A DNA stretch of 42,229 nt from Acidimicrobiales bacterium (GTDB lineage Bacteria > Actinomycetota > Acidimicrobiia > Acidimicrobiales > JAJPHE01), in assembly GCA_035533195.1 (NCBI GenBank), contig DATLUK010000345.1:1-42229 (forward strand), in the 5' to 3' direction. Position 1 is the stretch's first letter. Each line of letters begins with the position of its first letter. Under the pieces are notes generated by a model. It was not told the DNA's origin, ran no database searches, and saw nothing but the letters and a program-made list of their open reading frames with translations. The position numbers and the translations under genes are program-made. Below, piece by piece: positions 1 to 7,611 of the stretch.

Positions 1-103
1 ACGGGCGGATACAAGGCGAACAGGTGTTCAGGCTGAAGTCCTGCTCAGGGGCACTGCCCATCACGAATCAACACCCGACGGACGGCCCCGAGCTACATGA
101 CGC

Positions 104-141
104 GCAAGGGGTCAGAGGTTCGAGTCCTCTACGGCCCACCA
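104..141 (+). other. Orphan tRNA 3' half (variable loop, T arm, acceptor 3' strand, encoded CCA) with no 5' half
   Basis: nt 114-130 form a canonical T arm AGAGG-TTCGAGT-CCTCT. They are followed by the acceptor 3' strand ACGGCCC, discriminator A and CCA (139-141). No complementary GGGCCGT, D arm or anticodon arm is present in nt 1-103. Confidence 0.45.
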
Positions 142-229
142 AAGAAAGTCCAGGTCAGCGGGGGTGCGGCGCTTCCTTAGGCTCGGTGGTTCCGGGACTG
201 GGAGCTAAACTGGCAGCTCAGGTACTGGG

Positions 230-439
230 TCACTTGGCCAGACGGTCGAGCAACTCCTTATCCCGCTCCAGAAGGCGCTTGGCCCGGGCCGTGAAGTCCT
301 TGTCGGCGCGGACCTTCTCGATCTCGGCGGCCAGTGAGTCGACGATCAGGGCGTTGACGCTGACACCCTTAACTCGGGCTACGGCTTCGGCCTCATCGGC
401 CAGCTCGTCTGGCAGTCGGACGGTGGTCTGCTTGGCCAC
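230..439 (-). CDS. Ribbon-helix-helix (CopG/Arc-like) DNA-binding protein, antitoxin-like
   Basis: Track ORF is 230-535. The internal GTG at 439 gives (M)AKQTTVRLPDELADEAEAVARVKGVSVNALIVDSLAAEIEK..., the typical RHH beta-strand plus two helices. The start is uncertain (anywhere from 439 to 535). Confidence 0.6.
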   Translation of the reverse strand: MAKQTTVRLPDELADEAEAVARVKGVSVNALIVDSLAAEIEKVRADKDFTARAKRLLERDKELLDRLAK

Positions 440-566
440 GCCTAATGATATCACGATGTCGTGAGGTTCCGCCAACCCCTCCCGGGACCGACCGCGAAAG
501 GTCACCTCGAGTGTCCCGGGATGACGGCCTGACACGGACCGCCGGGGGTGTCACGCATTCGGCGGC

Positions 567-1076
567 TCAGTGCGACATGGGCGGCGGGTCGAAGAGGGCC
601 AGCTCAGCGGCGTCGGGCGGTTGGAACAGGCGTACCCATTCGTCAAGGTCGGCTCGGCGGATGGGGCGGCTATCCCAGGGCGGCTCCGGGTTCCGGGCTT
701 CGATGCGCCGCCAGAGTTCCTCGGCAGGCACGTCGAGGTAATGCAACTCGACGCCCACACCGAGCTCCCGAGCCGCGTCTCGCATCTCGTCGCGTTCGAT
801 CCGCGCCCAGAGTCCGAAATCAAGGACGACGGTCAGTCCGAGGCGCAGGATCTCTTGGGCAAGTCGCCAGAGCTGCTGTTCGACTCTTTCCCGGGTCGTC
901 TCGTCCCAAGGGGTGGAGCCTAGAGCCCAGAGCCATTCATCTTTCGTGAGGCGCACGGCCTTGTGCTCGGCGGCGAGCTGAGCTGCGCGCGTGGTCTTAC
1001 CCGCCCCGGGCAAGCCGCAGGTGAGAATCAGTAGGGGCTTAGTCACGGTCTCCCAATCCAGCAGCTCCTTGACCAA
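567..1076 (-). CDS. Small P-loop kinase / AAA_33-type ATP-binding protein
   Basis: Walker A motif GLPGAGKTT lies close to the N-terminus. At ~160-170 aa it has the size and layout of zeta/AAA_33-like kinases. Start is TTG 1076 or GTG 1046. Confidence 0.8.
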   Translation of the reverse strand: MVKELLDWETVTKPLLILTCGLPGAGKTTRAAQLAAEHKAVRLTKDEWLWALGSTPWDETTRERVEQQLWRLAQEILRLGLTVVLDFGLWARIERDEMRDAARELGVGVELHYLDVPAEELWRRIEARNPEPPWDSRPIRRADLDEWVRLFQPPDAAELALFDPPPMSH

Positions 1077-1438
1077 ACTGTGCCACTACCCGCCGCCCGA
1101 GGGGGCGCGTTCAAAACGGCGGTCCACCTTCATCCACTATCGGGTGAAGCGCTGAGGGAGCGACCCCTGCTTGGGTACCTGTCCCCGAACTCCACCGGCC
1201 GATGATCGTCCGAGCGGCTTCAGAACGCCAGGTATGCCGGCTGACATTGGGAACGCTCGGGTCACGCGGAAATCGCTGGCGACCCAGAGAGCCAATGGGA
1301 TCGCCGATTGTCAACAAGACCATGGTGAGAAGTCATCGGGGTTGGGACGATAGAACGCCCGGTGCTTTCTCGGGAGTGATGCCTTCACTTTCCGGTAGCG
1401 ACTCCGGGTCGTGTCCAAGGCCCGGATCAGTCCCGGAC

Positions 1439-2092
1439 TCAAGAAATCAGGGCTGGCGAGTCCAGGCATGTCAGCTTGTCTGGATTGTTGACCGTCCATA
1501 TGGCTGAGACGATCCCGTTAGTCACATCGAAGGCCACGGCGCCGTTCTGATCGCCGGCCGGATGGCGCAGCAAGAATCCCGCCGCGGCGTTGACGAGGAC
1601 AGGTTCGACTCTGACACCGGGCGACAGCCGCTTGGGACCTCCGTCGGCGACCAGCACCACATCTCCGGACAGACGGGCCATGGCGGCACCAGTGTCCCCG
1701 CTGGCAACTGCTAGAAGGAGCCGATCGGCAACGACCCGGTCGGCGGGGCTCGGTCGGGATGGCTTGGCCTGGCGGATCCGAGTTCTGGCCCGAGACTCGA
1801 TCTGGCGGCAGGCCGCTGGGCTGTTGCCGATCGCGGCGGAGACATCGCTTGATGGGTAGCCGAAGGCGCCGGTGAGCAGGAACCCGACTCGCGAGATCGG
1901 GTCGAGAACTTCGAGCATGGCACAGAAGCCCGACGGTGAGGTTCTCTGCTGCTTCGGCGGCCTCCTCCGGGCCGGGTGAGGTGAGTATCGGCTCGGGAAG
2001 CCACGGATCCACGTTGGTCTCCCGGCGCCATCGCGCTTCTCGACGGGCCGACGGCCAGCCCGGTGGAGGCCGGTGAGCTTCGACATTGCCAC
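1439..2092 (-). pseudogene. ECF sigma factor (SigJ-like, region 4 plus SnoaL/NTF2-like C-terminal domain) remnant, 5'-truncated and frameshifted
   Basis: Frame A carries a region-4-like block (LEVLDPISRVGFLLTGAFGYPSSDVSAAIGNSPAACRQIESRARTRIRQ). It also carries the SigJ-type C-terminal domain ending in NNPDKL. The conserved DPWLPEPI linker block sits in a different frame (ORF 1518-2012). No sigma region 2 is found upstream; a stop lies at ~2138 in frame. Confidence 0.6.
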
Positions 2093-2248
2093 CGGGGAGC
2101 TCAGCCCCCGGCCGGGTCGCTGTCTGCTACGGGCGGCTTACCTCCTTCTGATAGTAAGGATGACCGGTTCGTTGCTTCAGTGAGCCGGCGGGTGCCGGTG
2201 GAGCCATCCCGACCCCGTCCGGCCCGCAGGGTTCATGATGGAGGTGAA

Positions 2249-3082
2249 ATGGGTCAGCAGGCCATCGTTCGCACGGTCGTCGTGGACGACTCGGTCGACA
2301 TTCGCCTGATGCTCCGCCTGCTGCTGGGCCGTGACGCCCGCTTCGAGATCGTGGGAGAGGCCGCCAACGGCCGAGAAGCGGTGGAGCTCTGCGAGCGGGT
2401 GCACCCGGATCTGGTGATCCTCGACCGCCAGATGCCCGTTATGGGAGGACTCGAGGCGATACCCCTGATCCGTGACCGCTGGCCCGGGGCCCAGATCGTG
2501 CTGTACACCGCCGCGGCTGAACCGGACACCGAGGAGGCAGCTGCGGCCGCCGGCGCCCTGGGCGTGTTGCACAAGCAGAGCGCAGCCATGGACGTGGCCG
2601 GTGACCTCACTCGCCTTCTGGCCCGCCGTGGCGGCCCGGGACCGGAGACGGCGGGGGACGTGGAGGTTCGGCTCGGGCCCGTGCCCTCGGCAGCCGCCCG
2701 GGCCTGGGTCGCCAACACCAGGCAGATCCTGGGGGCGCTCCAGCTGAGGCCCGATGCGATCGGCGGGCCCATCACCGAGCCGGTGATGGCCATGTTCGGG
2801 CGTTTCCTCGACGCCTGGGAGACGGTGGCCCAGGACACCGATGTCTTCTTCTGGACCGGTCGGGCGGACCCCCAGGACGTGCAAAAGGTGGTGGAGGAGT
2901 GGGCCCGCATCGACTCCATCGATGATGCCACCCTGGCTGCCTTAGGCTGTGACTGGACCCCGCCCGAGGGCCAGGCCTTCTTTGCCGCCCTAGCCGCCGC
3001 GGTGGTTGACGCGCTAGCCGATCACGAGGAGACCCGCCGGCTGGCTGAGCGGCTCGGAGGAGACTGGGCCAGTTCCAACTGA
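2249..3082 (+). CDS. Response regulator: REC receiver domain plus uncharacterised ~150-aa C-terminal domain
   Basis: ATG 2249 is preceded by GGAGGTGAA. REC motifs are present: VVVDDS, phospho-acceptor context DLVILDRQMP, and a later conserved K in LHKQ. I recognise no HTH or enzymatic output domain. Confidence 0.9.
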   Translation: MGQQAIVRTVVVDDSVDIRLMLRLLLGRDARFEIVGEAANGREAVELCERVHPDLVILDRQMPVMGGLEAIPLIRDRWPGAQIVLYTAAAEPDTEEAAAAAGALGVLHKQSAAMDVAGDLTRLLARRGGPGPETAGDVEVRLGPVPSAAARAWVANTRQILGALQLRPDAIGGPITEPVMAMFGRFLDAWETVAQDTDVFFWTGRADPQDVQKVVEEWARIDSIDDATLAALGCDWTPPEGQAFFAALAAAVVDALADHEETRRLAERLGGDWASSN

Positions 3083-3296
3083 AACTGTCGCCCTCAGCAG
3101 GAGCGCCCGGGGAGGCTATGACCAGTAGTGAGGCGGACAGGGCAAAACTTGGCACGGATCGCGGTAGCATGGACGCTCTAAGGAGTAGCGTCGCGGTCAG
3201 GGCGACCTGTCGAGGTTGCGCCAGGTGGAGTCCAATGGGCCGAGTCCGACGGCAGGCCGGGGACGCCGGAGCGATCCAGGCTTCAGGGGGCCCAGC

Positions 3297-4442
3297 ATGA
3301 CGCCTGGATCTGTCGGCGCTGCCGACCGGAGGGACGCGGCCGCCATCAATCGGGATGCCGCCGCTGACGCCCGGGACGCCGCTATCGAGGTGACCGAGCT
3401 GGTCAGCCAGGCCGCCGGGCATCGGAGCTTCGCCGCCCGGGACCGTGACTCGGCGGTCCTCGATCGAGAAGCCGCCAGCGAGCGCGACTCGGCTGAGATC
3501 GCGCACGACATCGCCGCGGCAGACCGTGATCTGATTGCGGCGCGGCTCGAGGCGATTGTGCTGTCCGCCGGCGAGGGTGCCGCGGCTGAACTCGACGCCC
3601 AGGCCGCCATCCTCCTCGACGTGGCCACGGCCATGCGAACCGTTGCCGCCGGCATCCGAGGCTTCGCCTACCTCGGGCACGAGGGCGGGACGGCGGCGGC
3701 AGGCCGGGCGCTGGCCGCCCAGGGTCGGGCTGTCTCGGCCACCTTTCGGGCCGCGGCCGCCCTCAACGCGGAGGCGGCCACAGCGCGGGATGACGCCGCC
3801 GAAGCCCGCGATGCCATCTCCGCCACTACCGATGCCATTCCGCAGGCAGCCGAGAACAGGCTGTTGGCCGCCTCGGATCGAGCTGCAGCCGCCCTCGACC
3901 GCCACAGCGCCGCCCTCGATCGTCTCGATGCCTCAGACACCCTGCAGATCGCCTATCACGACAGCCTCACCGGTGCCCTGGTGCGCAGCGCAGGACGCGA
4001 ACAGCTCAACCAGTGCGTCGAGCGAGCTCACCGGGCCTGCGAGTCCCTGATCGTGGCCTACGTCGATGTCGACCACCTGAAGAACGTCAACGACGCTCGT
4101 GGACACGCGGCAGGCGACCAGCTCCTCCGCCAGGTCGCCCGGTGCCTACGCAACGGTCTGAGGTCATACGATGTCATCGTCCGATACGGAGGTGACGAGT
4201 TCGTATGCGGCCTGCCGGGTGCCCTGGCCGAAGACACCCGAAGGCGTCTTGGCGAAGTCCTCTCGACCCTGGCCGAGCTCGGCGAAGGCGCATCGCTCAG
4301 CTTCGGGCTGGCCGAACTCCGAGCCAACGAAACCCTGGACCAAGTGCTCGCCCGCGCCGACCGCCAGATGTACGAAGATCGTGCCGAACAGCGCGGCTGT
4401 GCCCGGGACCAGTCTGCCCTACCCCCGGGGCCCGCACCCTGA
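3297..4442 (+). CDS. Diguanylate cyclase (GGDEF) with long Ala/Asp/Arg heptad-repeat N-terminal region
   Basis: The C-terminal block runs HDSLTGAL...DVDHLKNVNDARGHAAGD...RYGGDEF...ADRQMYEDR, with an intact GGDEF motif. ATG 3297 follows CAGGGGG. Confidence 0.9.
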   Translation: MTPGSVGAADRRDAAAINRDAAADARDAAIEVTELVSQAAGHRSFAARDRDSAVLDREAASERDSAEIAHDIAAADRDLIAARLEAIVLSAGEGAAAELDAQAAILLDVATAMRTVAAGIRGFAYLGHEGGTAAAGRALAAQGRAVSATFRAAAALNAEAATARDDAAEARDAISATTDAIPQAAENRLLAASDRAAAALDRHSAALDRLDASDTLQIAYHDSLTGALVRSAGREQLNQCVERAHRACESLIVAYVDVDHLKNVNDARGHAAGDQLLRQVARCLRNGLRSYDVIVRYGGDEFVCGLPGALAEDTRRRLGEVLSTLAELGEGASLSFGLAELRANETLDQVLARADRQMYEDRAEQRGCARDQSALPPGPAP

Positions 4443-4447
4443 TCTGA

Positions 4448-4463
4448 CCTCCGGGGCTGGAGG
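4448..4463 (+). terminator. GC hairpin just after the GGDEF stop codon (possible intrinsic/I-shaped terminator)
   Basis: CCTCC-ggggct-GGAGG lies 6 nt after stop codon 4440-4442. There is no U tract. Confidence 0.25.
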
Positions 4464-4702
4464 ACTTGGCCCGGTTGCTTCGACAGTCTCCCGGGTTGCC
4501 CCACCCGTGACTACGAATTTGTCTCCTCCGATCCGGGCGACCACGTCGCCTGAGCGAACGACCCCGCAGACGCGTTCACCCACCGGCCTAGACCGGGCCG
4601 TTTGGCCCTGGCCCTTCCGAAACCGATGGCGTTAGACTCCGGTTGTAGACACCGCCCCGGACCCGGGCGAGTGGCCAGGCCGAGCCATTAGGCGGGATCG
4701 AG

Positions 4703-6348
4703 GTGCTTGTGTATGGCGCCCATCGAAGGAAGCTCAACGACCTTCTGAGCGAGTTCGCTAGCACCATGCTGACCGACTTTCCCATCCAGTCGATCCTTGA
4801 CCGACTGGTCGGAAGGATCGTGGATGTGATGCCGGTCACCAGTGCCGGGGTGACTCTCATTACCGCCGGCGCCGACCCCCGATACGTGTCCGCATCCGAT
4901 GCCGCAGCTCTGAGGTTCGAGAAGTTGCAGACCCGCCTGGGTGAGGGACCCTGGCTCGAGGCATGGCAGACCGGGACTGCTGAGGCCGTGGCCGCCGCCT
5001 ATCTCCTTAACGCACAAGCCCGTGCCGATCTGCAGCAGGCGTCGGACCGTTCCCTGCACAGCGCCATGCACGATCCTCTGACGCGCCTTCCGAACCGGAC
5101 TCTGTTCACGAGCAGACTCGAGCATGCGATCGACCGTCGCCGTCGCTCGGGAGGCACCATGGCGGTGTGCTTCCTTGATCTGGATCGATTCAAGGAGGTC
5201 AATGACTCATGCGGTCACGCCGTCGGTGACGAGCTTCTGGTCGCCTTTGCCGGGCGCGTGGCGAAGGAGCTCCGGCTGGGTGACACTCTGGCCCGCATGT
5301 ACGGCGACGAATTCCTCCTGCTGCTGGAGGAGTTGACAGACTGCTCTGAGGCTGACGCCATAGCGCAGCGCATCTCTGACGCGGTGTCGGATCTGTTCAT
5401 GGTCGGAGGGGCGGAGGTGGTGATCTCGGCCAGTATCGGGATCGCCTGTTCTGACCGCCACCCTCGGCGGCCGAAATCATCCGGGATGCCGACACCGCCA
5501 TGTACATGTCCAAGCGCCGCGGTGGTGGCCGGCGGAGTTCGGCCGTTCGACTGGCGGCGGTGCTCGACTCTAGCCAGGGGGACCTGGCCGATGAGCTGCA
5601 GGGGGCAGCCGGCCGGGGAGAACTACGCCTGGAGTGCCGCCCAATGGCGAAGGTCGTGGACGGCAGGCTGTTCGGGTTCGAGGCGCTGACCGCTTGGTCG
5701 CATCCCTCCCGAGGTCTGATCCCTTCCGTGCTCATGCTGAGCGCGGTTGACGGCTCGAGGGTGGCCTCTGAGGTGGTGTCCTGGACTCTCGATCGGGCTT
5801 GTTCCGAGTGGCTCGTCTGGGGGCCCGGCCCGGCATCGCCCCGACAGACGCCGCTGGTGTTGGCCGTGAGATTCAGTGCCTACCAGGTGCTGGCGCCTGA
5901 CTTCCGGGTCTCGGTGCTGAGAGCACTGGAGATAGCGCAGTTCGAGCCCGAACAACTGGTGATCGAGCTGCCCGAAGCTGCACTCGTTCAGGATGAGGAC
6001 CGGGCCCGGGTGGTCCTGGTCGAGCTCAAGAGAGCCGGCGTCCGGTTCGGCCTCGACGGGTTCGGAGCGGGCAACTTCTCCTTCAACTATCTGAAGCGGT
6101 TACCCATCGACCTGGTGAAGGTGGACGAGAGCCTGACGGCGGAGGTGGTTCGGGACCGGGCGGCTGCAGCCGTCTTTTCGGCGGTCGTATCTCTGGCTCA
6201 CTCCCTCGGAATGAGCACCCTCGCCCAGGGAGTCGATGAGCCGGCTCAACTCGACTGGCTGGCGAAGGAAGGCTGTGACCTATATCAAGGAGCGCTTCTG
6301 GCGGGGATGGAACCTTTCCCTGCCACTCCAGCAGACTCGGCCGCGTGA
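4703..6348 (+). pseudogene. Partial-GAF / GGDEF / EAL c-di-GMP protein, split by a frameshift near 5455-5470
   Basis: ORF 4703-5689 carries a GAF-like N-terminus and a GGDEF domain (DPLTRLPNR...DLDRFKEVNDSCGHAVGD...MYGDEF...ASIGIA). The expected continuation AAEIIRDADTAMYMSKRRGGG and a complete EAL domain are in another frame (open from 5455, ORF 5500-6348). Confidence 0.8.
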
Positions 6349-6796
6349 CGCCCTTCATCACCGCTGGTGCCGGGTTCCTGGGCGCCGTGCTCTGGTTCGA
6401 TCTCATGCACGACGTGCAGGTCCGGGGCCGGAGGGAGCCAGAGCTGACCGAGGCGGTGCTGGCCTCCATTGCCGGCTACTACCGGCGGGTCACCACCGAA
6501 GCGCGGCCGATGAACCGCTTGGTCGCCCTGGCCATGCTGACGACGGTGGGCACGGTGGCCGCCCAGCTGGCATCCGCTCGCCCCGCTCGTTGGGTGGGGG
6601 GACTCTCCATGGGACTGGTCCTGGCGCCGGTCCTTCTGGCCGGAGTACGGACAGTCCCCAATGCCGTCCGATTGGGGCGGCGGGCGATCCCCTGGATGTT
6701 CAGAGCCAGCTGGCCCGATCCATCTGGCGCGACCATGTCTTCTGCATCACCGCCATCCTCACCCTCTTGGCTCTCCAGTTGGCGTTCGGTCGTTGA
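6345..6796 (+). pseudogene. Small polytopic membrane protein, frameshifted near 6675-6686
   Basis: GTG 6345 overlaps the EAL stop codon (GTGA). The hydrophobic N-terminal part (FITAGAGFLGAVLWFDL..., LSMGLVLAPVLLAG) is in the 6345 frame. The plausible C-terminal helix (DPLDVQSQLARSIWRDHVFCITAILTLLALQLAFGR-stop at 6796) is in the 6236 frame. Confidence 0.5.
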
Positions 6797-6878
6797 AGAC
6801 CCAGGAAGCCGGCTCCGGGTCGTCCTGCCATTCCTGCCCGAGGCATTAGGTACTCTCGAACGGCCACAGGGAGAGAAC

Positions 6879-7411
6879 ATGACCGACGTGGAAAAGCCGC
6901 CGATGCAGGACTGGGCCACCGACTTCGATCACACCCCTCCCGACTATGCCGCCCAGGCTACCGAGATCTGGGACGACCTCCGTGGCCGCTGTCCGGTGGC
7001 CGAGCCTTCCCTCCTGCCTGTGGCCGTAGAGGAGTTCCTGCGCTTCTACGCTCCGGTGACCATGGCCCGCATCGTCAAGGAGGAGGTAGAGGTGGGCGGT
7101 TGCACCTTCAAGCACGGGACTGGGTCCTGCCTTCCTTCCCGGCCGCCAACCGGAACCCGGAGTCCTGTGATCACGCCGACCACTTCGTCATCGACCGCGT
7201 CCGCAACCGCCACTCGGCCTTCGGATTGGGGATCCACCGCTGCCTGGGCTCGAACCTGGCCCGGATGGAGATGACCGTGGCCATCGGTGAGTGGATGCGG
7301 GCATTCCCCGATTTCGAGCTGGCCGATGCCGCGGCGGTCCGCTGGTCGACCGGCCAGGTCCGCGGGCCCCGCCAGCTGCCCGTCCGAATTCTCAAGCGAG
7401 GTGCCGAGTGA
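6879..7411 (+). pseudogene. Cytochrome P450 remnant: in-frame internal deletion plus a frameshift
   Basis: ATG 6879 follows AGGGAGAGA. The N-terminus (DFDHTPPDYAAQATEIWDDLRGRCPVAE) is joined at ~7005 directly to the K-helix region (PSLLPVAVEEFLRFYAPV). After GGCTFK (~7100-7112) the reading frame switches to DWVLPSFPAANRNPE...FGLGIHRCLGSNLARMEM, which contains the heme-Cys motif. The total is 533 nt versus ~1.2 kb for a normal P450. Confidence 0.75.
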
Positions 7412-7602
7412 AGATCATCCTGGACAACTCCAAGTGCGAGGGTCACGGGCGCTGCTACGCCCTGGCCCCCGAGCTCTTCGACGCCGATGATGAGGGCTAC
7501 TCCGTCCTCAAGATCACCGGTGACGTTCCGGCCGGTTCCGAGGAGCACGCCACCCTGGCCTCGGCCAACTGTCCCGAGTTCGCCATAACCGTCGAGGACT
7601 GA
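7408..7602 (+). CDS. Small ferredoxin (P450 redox partner type)
   Basis: GTG 7408 overlaps the P450 stop codon (GTGA). The 64-aa product reads KIILDNSKCEGHGRCYALAPELFDADDEGYSVL...ASANCPEFAITVED, a CxxHxxC...CP cluster pattern typical of actinobacterial 3Fe-4S ferredoxins. Confidence 0.85.
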   Translation: MKIILDNSKCEGHGRCYALAPELFDADDEGYSVLKITGDVPAGSEEHATLASANCPEFAITVED

Positions 7603-7611
7603 ACGAGGGGA

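Noticed and set aside
1-141. 3' domain of a tmRNA (ssrA), suggested by a tRNA-like T arm and CCA end without an anticodon arm
   Set aside because: All tmRNAs are alanine acceptors and need the G3:U70 pair, so their 3' strand ends ...CUCCACCA. Here position 70 is C (ACGGCCC-A-CCA). A tRNA-fragment or att-scar explanation fits better. It cannot be fully excluded without upstream sequence.
1080-1438. Possible small genes or transposase HTH remnant (for example the minus-frame LDTTRSRYRKVKASLP)
   Set aside because: Only short ORFs without RBS are present. The resemblance to IS3-type HTH segments is too weak to support a call.
2772-3905. 377-aa minus-strand ORF, along with similar long antisense ORFs at 12772-13779, 21652-23022, 22950-23933, 33433-34662 and 35568-36854
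   Set aside because: Each overlaps a confidently identified gene on the other strand, shows Arg/Gly/Pro-rich composition and has no recognisable domain. These are standard high-GC open-frame artefacts.
5450-5475. Programmed ribosomal frameshift joining the GGDEF and EAL halves
   Set aside because: No slippery X-XXY-YYZ heptamer or obvious downstream pseudoknot is visible at the junction. The neighbouring genes are also broken, which favours mutation (or sequencing error) over recoding.
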